Of a stretch of DNA of 64,000 nucleotides, positions 55,378 to 64,000 are shown one piece after another. The stretch is from positions 301,816,001-301,880,000 of the forward strand of contig OZ024740.1 in NCBI GenBank assembly GCA_964016885.1. Direction: 5' to 3'. This stretch comes from Eledone cirrhosa. Taxonomy: Eukaryota. Each line of letters begins with the position of its first letter. The first letter of the stretch is position 1. The notes under the pieces are model-generated. The model did not search any database. It saw only the letters and a program-made list of their open reading frames with translations, and was not told where the DNA came from. A program made the translations under genes and the position numbers.

Positions 55378-56570
55378 ATAATAGGCTGCCCGTTGCAAAT
55401 GGTGGGGCATGTGAAAAAGTAGGTCCTTCATCAGTGACCCTCCAACCGTCCCAGGCATTTCATCGCTTTAAGGGCCATATGCCTCAGGTTGGTGCGAACA
55501 ACGGCTAAAAAAAGTCGTTGGGACACGTAAACAAAGGGGACGCCAGGGTAACAAACAAAAAAGTTTAAGCAACGGAAAGTGAGAAGAAATAGACAAGTCC
55601 CAGATCTCTATGAATATAAACTCGGTGAAATCGTGAACAAGAGACAAAAGACCATCAAACCTGGTTGAAATGTGAGCAAGGAAAGAATTTCGCCCAAGTT
55701 TGACGTGGGGGAAAAAAAAGAGAAAGAAAAGAGAGAAGAGGAAGAAGAAGAAGAAGAAGAAGAAGAAGAAGAAGAAGAAGAAGAAGAAGATAAAGGGGTC
55801 TGGTCTACGAATTCGGTAAACGTAAGTTTTGTGAAGTCGCAGACGAAAGAGAGAGAGAAAAAAATTTCCATACCAGCTTGGTCAAGACCGCGCGAGAAAA
55901 GAATTACACACAGGTAAAACTTGAAGGAGGAGGAGGAAAGAGGAGGAGGAGAGGTAGTGACAGAGAATGAGTGAGTGAAAGTTGAGGAGGAGGCTAACAG
56001 AGAAAGAGACTGCTAGAAAGGGTAAAAACGAACAGACGAGTGGCAGCAGAATAAAAATTATGTGTAAATATGAAAATAATAGGCTGCCCGTTGCAATTGG
56101 TGGGGCATGTGAAAAAGTAGGTCCTTCATCAGTGACCCTCCAACCGTCCCAGGCATTTCATCGCTTTAAGGGCCATATGCCTCAGGTTGGTGCGAACAAC
56201 GGCTAAAAAAAGTCGTTGGGACACGTAAACAAAGGGGACGCCAGGGTAACAAACAAAAAAGTTTAAGCAACGGAAAGTGAGAAGAAATAGACAAGTCCCA
56301 GATCTCTATGAATATAAACTCGGTGAAATCGTGAACAAGAGACAAAAGACCATCAAACCTGGTTGAAATGTGAGCAAGGAAAGAATTTCGCCCAAGTTTG
56401 ACGTGGGGGAAAAAAAAGAGAGAGAAAAGAGAGAAGAGGAAGAAGAAGAAGAAGAAGAAGAAAAGAAGAAGAAGAAGAAGAAGAAGAAGAAGAAGAAGAA
56501 GATAAATTCGGTAAACGACGAATTCGGTAAACGTAAGTTTTGTGAAGTCGCAGACGAAAAAAGAGAGAGA
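55372..56570. repeat. 698-bp near-identical tandem duplication containing (GAA)n
   Basis: atgaaaataataggctgcccgttgcaa at 55372 and 56070. Confidence 0.85.
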
Positions 56571-57086
56571 AGTTATTATATATTGGTAAACGGAATAGAA
56601 AATGCTGACAAATTGTTCTCAGTGAAAAATAGTTTAATTAGGAATAAGTGAGAATTAGTAATTCTATTGGTTAGTATTCAGTTTTGGTTTTAAGTTTTAC
56701 CGGTTGCGCATTTCTAATGCTTTTCAAAAATAATTTTGAGATAGAGCGTCCGTCATGTTTGCTCTGATCTGATTAGTTTTGGGAATTCTACCTGTTTTTA
56801 TGTTAAAAAAGTGGCTCCAGCGGTATTAAAATAAGTTTTGAGCCAATTCATGTTGCAACAATTCTTGTGGTCAAAACAATTTTTATTGGTCGGTAGAGGT
56901 CATGTGAATGTGAAAAATTGATTTTGCGCCAAATGTAGGTTCGTGTCGGCAGACTGAGAAATGACTTTTCACAACAAATATGTGTGTGTGTGTATAGGAG
57001 TAGTAAAGTGTTCGTTGTTGTGATAATGGTCAGCAGGGATGTGTGTGCGAACCGCAGCCTGTTGATAGTTCAAATGCCTATTAAGA

Positions 57087-57177
<91 letters not shown>

Positions 57178-57559
57178 CAGAGAAATTCGTGGTAGAGGGA
57201 TGGTCAGTAGGAATGTGTCTGTAAGTGAGTGGGGATATTTTAACATGCTAAAATATATTTTTCAGCTCTTGTCTTATACGGAGAAATGTGTGTGTGTGTG
57301 TGTGTGTGTATGTGTCTATTTGTATGTTAATGTACTCGTGTGTATGTGTGTGTGTGTGTGAGAATGTGTGTGTGTGTGTGTGTGTGTGGGTGGACCAGTA
57401 TTTTTTTCCTGGTAAAATGGTGTATATTATTCGATATTTTCAGTAAAATCGATTCTCTCAATAGAACATCAAAAACCTTAATAATAAAAGGTGTGAAATG
57501 ATATATAGTATTGGTATATACCAAGGTGTGTGTGAGTGTGTGTGTGTGTGTCCATATTG

Positions 57560-57915
57560 TACGTACTGAAAAGGGGATCCCTTAGGCCTTGCCGTATTGG
57601 AATACCTGTGCACAAATATGTATCTGAGTGTGTCCAGAAATTGTATACCTGTGCACAAATATGTATCTGGAGTGTGTCCAGATTGTAAGGCCTTGCCGTA
57701 TTGGAATACCTGGGCACAAATATGTATCTGGAGTGTGTCCAGAAATTGTATACCTGTGCACAAATTGTACACCTGTGCACAAACTGTACACATGCATCTG
57801 GAGTGTGTCCAGAAATTGTATACCTGTGTACAAATATGTATCTGGAGTGTGTCCAGATTGCACGTACTGCAAGGTGAATTCATTAGGCTTTGCCGTATTG
57901 GGATACCTGTGCACA
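57560..57915. repeat. Minisatellite built from atacctgtgcacaaatatgtatctggagtgtgtccaga units
   Basis: Five to six imperfect units are visible. Confidence 0.8.
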
Positions 57916-58136
57916 AAAATGTATGTGCCCATCAGTGTGCAATGCATGTGTGCGTTTATGTATGTGTGTGTGTCGGCACGTTTATATCTATAGACATCAA
58001 AAGGTATGCAAATTTGTGTATATTTGCGTTGCACCATAGAACATGTGTGCTTACGTATGTCATTGTGTTTATATGTGGGTAGAGATGTGTGCTGATGTAG
58101 GTATGTATGTTTACGTGTGTATGTTGTAGGTTCGTC

Positions 58137-60360
58137 TTAGGGAGAAGTGTTTAGACGGGGTCCGTATTTGTTAATAAAGTAAGATTCCTTGCTGATGCGC
58201 TGGGTGTGGGTGGCATTATCTTTAAATTTGTAGAGGGGAAAGATTCTGAAGTTGGGATGATTTTGGGCGGCACAGGTATCAATGTGTTCACTCAGTCGTA
58301 TTTTCCTGTATTCCCGTATTTTAATTTGGGATCTATGGACAGTCATGCGTTGGCGGAGGCTGTTTTTGTCTGGCCTATGTATTGTTCTTGACAACCTGAG
58401 CAAGTTAATACATATATTAGATTTTCCGATGCACATGTGAAATTGTGTTTTACTATAAAACGTTGTCCTTCTTTGAAATAGAATTCCGAACCCTCTATTA
58501 GGTTGATGCAAATGCCACAGTTGGTCTATGGCATTTTTTTACTGTGGGTTTCGTTGTTGTGGTTGGCAGTACTGTGGCATGTGTCAGGTGTTTTTCATTG
58601 ACTTAGATTGTCTTTTGCTCTTTATGATATCGTGTGTTCGTAGGATTTGGTTCATGCTATGGTTCATTTTCAACACAAGGATGTTCTGAACGATGGTGTC
58701 AAAGGCCTCATTGTTGAGGGGGTTGTGTGTGGAGATATATGGAAGAGCTTTTAGTTTCGGTTGATTTACTTTAGGGTGTCTAAGGTCCTGGGTACTGAGT
58801 TTTAGGGCACGTTGGATTCCATTGTCAATTAGTGATGCAGGGTAGTCCCTGCCTAGGAGTGTGTCCTTTAGTTCTTTTAGCCGTAAGTAGCAGGTGTTTT
58901 TATTGGAGGCTATAGTACAGATTCTCTTGGCTAAGTTGTAGGGAATATTAATTTTAACGTGTCTAGGGTGGCAAGAGTTGAAAGGAAGATACTGCTTGGA
59001 ATCTGTGGGCTTGTAGTATATGTCTGTTTCTATTATTTGTTATGGATCTTAATGGGGATGTCGAGGAAGGGGAGTTGTTGATGGCTGTATTCCATCGTGA
59101 AGTTAATATTCGTGTTGAGCCCATTTATAAGGGTGTGGAATTCTTTAAGTTTCTCGATGTTTTCGTGCCAAAGGATGAAGCAGTCATCCAGATATCGCTT
59201 CCAGTTCCTTTCTATGTGTAAGTGGAGAGTGTTTCCAAATTTGTTTAGGACTTTAGTGTAGAGGGTGATTTCCAGGTATCCCATGACTAGGTTGGCATAA
59301 GTGGGGGCTGTTTTCGTTCTCATAGCGGTCCCAGATTTCTGCCTGTAGGGTTTGTTATTGAAAACAAAGTAAATGTTCTCCAAGATAAATTTGAGTCCCT
59401 CTATCACGAATTCTTTTTTGGTGCGTTGTGGGAGTTCATTGTGGTAATTATCCAGCCAGAATTGGATAGCTTCTATTCCTAGGTCGTGGGGGATTTTGGA
59501 GTATAGGTTGACTACATCGAACGTCACTAGTAGGGAGGTGATTGAGCATATCTAGGTCGTCCCTTATATAGCTTTTGATGTGTTTGAGAAAAGGCTTGAG
59601 AAGGGTATCAATGAAGTTGCTAAGGCGGTGGGTTTCGCAAGCGGGGCCTGCTATAATAGGTCTTAATTTGAGATCATTGGGTGAAGGGACATTGATGACT
59701 ATGTCTGTGTGCCTTACTTATTAATTCGCTTTTATGTACTTTAGGGATACCGTAGAAAAGGCTGGATTTACTTGTGAAGTCTGTGATGAAGTTGAATTCC
59801 TGGTTAGTGAGTCCTTCTTTGTATTGGTTGATCAGAGTTTTAAGGTTTCTCATAATTTTCTGTTGATTGTAGTGTTCAGCATATTCGTAGTATGTTTCGT
59901 TTTCCAAAGTGGAGAGCGCTAAGTTGATATAGAATTCTGTCTCCATTAGGACTACTGTACTCCCTTTATCAGCCTCTTTAATTGTAATGGTTCTGTCGGT
60001 TTTTAATCTATTTAATTCTTCCCATTCTTTCTTGTTGAGGTTTGGCTTGTGTTTTTGTCTGTGCAAGTGTTGGTAAGGGAAGTTTGTGATGTGTTCACAG
60101 AATGTGTCCAGGATTTTATTTCTACCTTTTGATGGGGTGTAATTGCTTCTATTTCTGGCTAATGATTCTTCCTCATTGTACTGGTCGAATAGTTGTTCAC
60201 TGCGTCGTAACTTTCTACAGAAGTCTGTGATGTCTTCCTTCATTTCATAGTAGTTAGGACGTAGTGGGGTCGGTGTGAATTTAAGACCTTTGGAGAGTAA
60301 GTTGATAAGATTGGGTGTTGGTTCTGCACTAGTTAGATTGATAATTTTTATTACTATCGG
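58137..60360 (-). pseudogene. Penelope-like element (Neptune/Poseidon-like RT plus GIY-YIG), frameshifted
   Basis: LLSKGLKFTPTP, IKEADKGSTVV, FYGIPKVHK, FDVVNLYS.IP, QKSGTAM, RYLDD, LPFLD, YKPTDSKQYL…SCHP, LIYVLTCSGCQEQYIGQT. Confidence 0.9.
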
Positions 60361-60944
60361 TTTCTCCTCCCTGTCTTGTGTTATTTTGTTTGCCTGTATA
60401 TGGGTGCGGTGTCTAAAAAATGGTTGGGGTAGAGGGGTTGTCTGCTGATGTTAAGTGGTCTCCTGTGTTTGTTATATTCCTTGTTGTTGTAAAATGTGGT
60501 TCAGGTTGGTGGTTGTTGATTGAATGGGGTGTTCCTGTACTGCGAGTATGGGTGTGTGTTTCTATGTGCCATGTTGGATTGTGGTGTTATAGGTGGCCTA
60601 CGTTGTTGGTTGTATCGTGTGGTGTGGGTTTGTTGTGTATTGTGGAAGCGAGAGTTGAGAAAATGGAAATTACCTTGCTGTCCCCTTGATATATATATAT
60701 TTATTTATTTATGTATGTACATATTTATTAGTATTGGTACACTGAAATAGCGATGTATGTATGAATAATATATTTGATGATATACTGTATATTTAATTTA
60801 AAATAATTCGAAGACCATTCTCTATGAATTTTTAAGTTGTGACTATGTTACTTACTTATTCTCAGCAAAAACAAAGGGGGGTAATTGACAGTCCTGTTTC
60901 TCGCTCAAATATACTATGCATGGATATATATATATATATATAAT

Positions 60945-61045
60945 TGTTTCTACCTTAGGCGGGATTTGAACTCAGATCATAAAGGGAGGTAACACTATGC
61001 TTCAAAGCATGGCGCCCGACCCTCTACCGATACTGCCAATCCATA
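60945..61045 (-). mobile_element. SINE 5' (tRNA-like) fragment
   Basis: Minus strand tggattggcagtatcggtagagggtcgg…ctgagttcaaatcccgcc. Confidence 0.6.
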
Positions 61046-62257
61046 TATATATATATATATATATATCCACTCCACCCCTCATCCGACGACCCTTCCCCAA
61101 CTAACATACTAATATCCCTCCCTTCTTCTCCTCCTCCCCCCTCCTTATCAACGCACACACCCACCGGCATATATATACACACGCTCACACTAAACACACA
61201 CCCTACTACCACCACTAACCCTCACCCCCACACCTCCATCCCACCACCCCGCAACTAACCTCACTAACACCCCCTGACCCCAAGCGCACGAACACACGCA
61301 CCCACTTACACCACCCACCCCACACGCAACTAACATCACTAACACCCCCCAACTCCACGCACACGTACCCACACACCCTCGCTCCACACTCACTCATCCC
61401 ACTAACACCTCTATTATTACACACACACACCCTCCTCACTCCAACTTTCACACCTACCCATCCTCGCCCCTTTACCATTCCACCGACTGCTGCTATGCCC
61501 TCTGACCACCTCCCAGCACAAACAGACACACAGCACTCCCACCGCTTGACCACTTCCTGTTGCGCGCGCACCCCACATCTCTCCTCTTCCGACCATCTCT
61601 TCATGGAATACTCGTATGTGGAACTTGACCACCACGGAATCTACTAAACATCATAGGAATTTACCAACATTTCAACCATCCTCTTACGGAATCACCTATA
61701 TAACTCACCCACACACACACCCAAAACATTTTTTTCTCCACACGCCACCTACACCCACATCACGCTTAAACCCCACACACACGTGCTTTCCACCACATAT
61801 TTACACCCTCAGCCTCCTGATTCCTCTCTCCCCACCCCTCTATCCACACACGCACAGACACTCCGACCTACAACCCCCCCACACACACCTCTTCCTGAAC
61901 ATGCACCCCGTTCTTTCCCCAACCCTTACTTTCACATACACACACACATACATACACACATACACCTACACACACACACCACCTTCAGCCCTCCCCGCTC
62001 GGACACCCCGTCTCCCTCTCCCCACTCCACCCGCCACCACCCCTACACACCCCACATCCTTCCACCACCTGTTTTACCCCTTTTTAATTTCAGTTTATTT
62101 TGATCATGCTTTTATATTTAATTTTATTTCATTCCTTGTATTTTGATCATGCTTTATTTTTATTTTTATTTTTAATTTCATTCGCACGGTTTCCTTTCGC
62201 TATATGTCTCTCCACCACTCCCCTACACACCCTTTGAACTCTATTCCCACACACTTG

Positions 62258-62292
62258 TCACCTGAGGAAGGCCTTATGCCCGAAACGTCGTT
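62258..62292 (+). ncRNA. Candidate minimal HHR in a pLTR-like tail
   Basis: CTGAGGA aggc-cttat-gccc GAAA cg TC; stem I is weak; aataaa lies downstream. Confidence 0.45.
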
Positions 62293-62380
62293 CCCCACCA
62301 CCACCCACTCTCCAGAGCGTGAAATTAATAAACATTCGTTGTACTGCCTCTCTGTTTTGTTCCTGTTCAAATGTTTCCAC

Positions 62381-62422
<42 letters not shown>

Positions 62423-62653
62423 CATGTGTCTTTGCGTGTGTGTGTGTGTGTGTGTATTCATTCATTATATTAAGGCCGAATAGTGAGTCTTGTTACTATG
62501 GTGTTTCACATGATTATCACAGGGTCATTATATATATTAATAAAAGTAATTCCAACTTTGTCTGTTTTACTCGTTTTATTTACAATCCTTTAAAATTTAT
62601 AATGGTATTAGAATGAAATAGTATGGTAGAATATTAAATGTTAAGTGTTAATT

Positions 62654-62690
62654 GAACAAGTACTTTCATGCTTTCGCAATCTTCAGGTTC
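62654..62690 (-). ncRNA. Minimal type I HHR in an inverted-repeat element (62535-63145)
   Basis: gaac CTGAAGA t-tgc-gaaa-gca-t GAAA gtac TT gttc. Confidence 0.72.
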
Positions 62691-63200
62691 TTATTCTGTG
62701 GTGACAGTCAAGTTTGCAATTTTCAACTGTAATGAGATGGGTAAATGTTGTGCCTTATATACAGTGAAAAGCGGCTACAGAATGCTATATTTGGCAAACT
62801 TTATTTCGACCAATCGGTGTGTAGTTTCACTGGATTACTAAAGCTGATTGGTTGAGCATGTCTAACGACTACTATTTGACCTTATCCATAGCATCAATTG
62901 TTTTGATATTTTTAGAAATGATGAAAATAGCATTTTCTAGTAATCATCACCATTAACATCACTTGTATTATTATTATTGTTGTTATTGTTATACAACAAT
63001 AATAACAACAACAACAGATACTTGTTCAATTAACACTTAACATTTAATATTCTACCATACTATTTCATTCTAATACCATTATAAATTTTAAAGTATTGTA
63101 AATAAAACGAGTAAATCAGACAAAGTTGGAATTCCTTTTATTAACATAATCTTCTATACACGATCATACACACCCGTGTATATTTATATATATATATATA

Positions 63201-64000
63201 TTAGAATTGGAGCTCTGAAATAGCAATATATATATGGATGTATATATAATGTATTTTGCAATACACTTTATGCTTAATTAAAAGCATTTTGAAGACCGTA
63301 AGCTTTGTTTTAAAGTAGTGACAAAGACGGCTTATCTCCCCTGTTTGATCAAAGTGAGTGAATTTGTCACTACTTTAAAACAATAGCTTACGGTCTTCAA
63401 AATGCTTTTAATTAAGCATAAAGTGTATTGCAAAATACATTATATATACAGACATATATATATTGCTATTTAAGAGCTCCAATTCTAATTTTTAATTTCT
63501 GCCTGACCAACAACCGCTCTGCATAATCAGCTCCTGATTATTTACTAGATTTCTATAAGAATATAACATCAATGATCTCAGCAAACAGGTGGGGTAGTTG
63601 GCCTTGATAAGCTTCAATCAAAGCGAAACAAGTCTTGTCGGCTTATCTCCCCTGTTTGCTGAGATCAAAGTGAATGAATTTGTCACTACTTTAAAACAAT
63701 AGCTTACGGTCTTCAAAATGCTTTTAATTAAGCATAAAGTGTATTGCAAAATACATTATATATACAGACATATATATATTGCTATTTCAGAGCTCCAATT
63801 CTAATTTTTAATTTCTGCCTGATCAACAACCGCTCTGCATAATCAGCTCTTGATTATTTACTATATTTCTATAAGAATATAACATCAATGATCTCAGCAA
63901 ACAGGTGGGGTAGTTGGCCTTGATAAGCTTCAACCAAAGTGAAACAAGTCTTGTCGGCTTATCTCCCCTGTTTGCTGAGATCCAAGTGAGTGAATTTGTC
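63201..64000 (+). mobile_element. Retrozyme-like 316-nt tandem array with a 5' inverted arm; runs off the window
   Basis: Predicted GUC cleavage sites at 63639 and 63955 (316 nt apart); no ORF; arm 63201-63325 is the reverse complement of 63363-63488. Confidence 0.85.
63577..63663 (+). ncRNA. Extended type I HHR with U3-A8 core; next copy at 63893-63979
   Basis: ctcagcaaacagg…ggcc TTGATAA gctt-caatca-aagc GAAA caag-t-cttg TC ggct…cctgtttgctgag. Confidence 0.85.

Noticed and set aside
57560-57915. Repeats with variable intervening sequence (CRISPR-like), and ORFs 57458-58082
   Set aside because: The spacers themselves recur, the context is eukaryotic and there are no cas genes; it is a minisatellite.

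Overview
AT-rich, microsatellite-dense animal genomic DNA with one 200-N gap. The recurring tRNA-derived SINE (…gcctttcatccttacggggtcgataaaataaagtaccagt…) suggests an octopod cephalopod, which is an inference. No host protein-coding gene is supported, and almost all short ORFs are (TA)n/(CA)n artefacts. The window is dominated by retroelements: one intact RTE-clade LINE ORF (APE + RT + three C-terminal C2H2 fingers), at least six decayed Penelope-like elements (PLEs; RT and/or GIY-YIG), many non-autonomous pLTR-like hairpin insertions, SINEs and Helitron-like ends. The main hidden signal is RNA structure. Folding by eye gives more than 30 type I hammerhead ribozyme (HHR) motifs, intact to degenerate, from over 10 sequence families. 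The best is a non-coding 316-320-nt head-to-tail repeat with one extended HHR per unit, resembling a retrozyme or circRNA precursor. Its core switches between canonical C3-G8 (CUGAGGA) and compensatory U3-A8 (UUGAUAA), and one array starts essentially at the predicted self-cleavage site. All folds are manual and untested.
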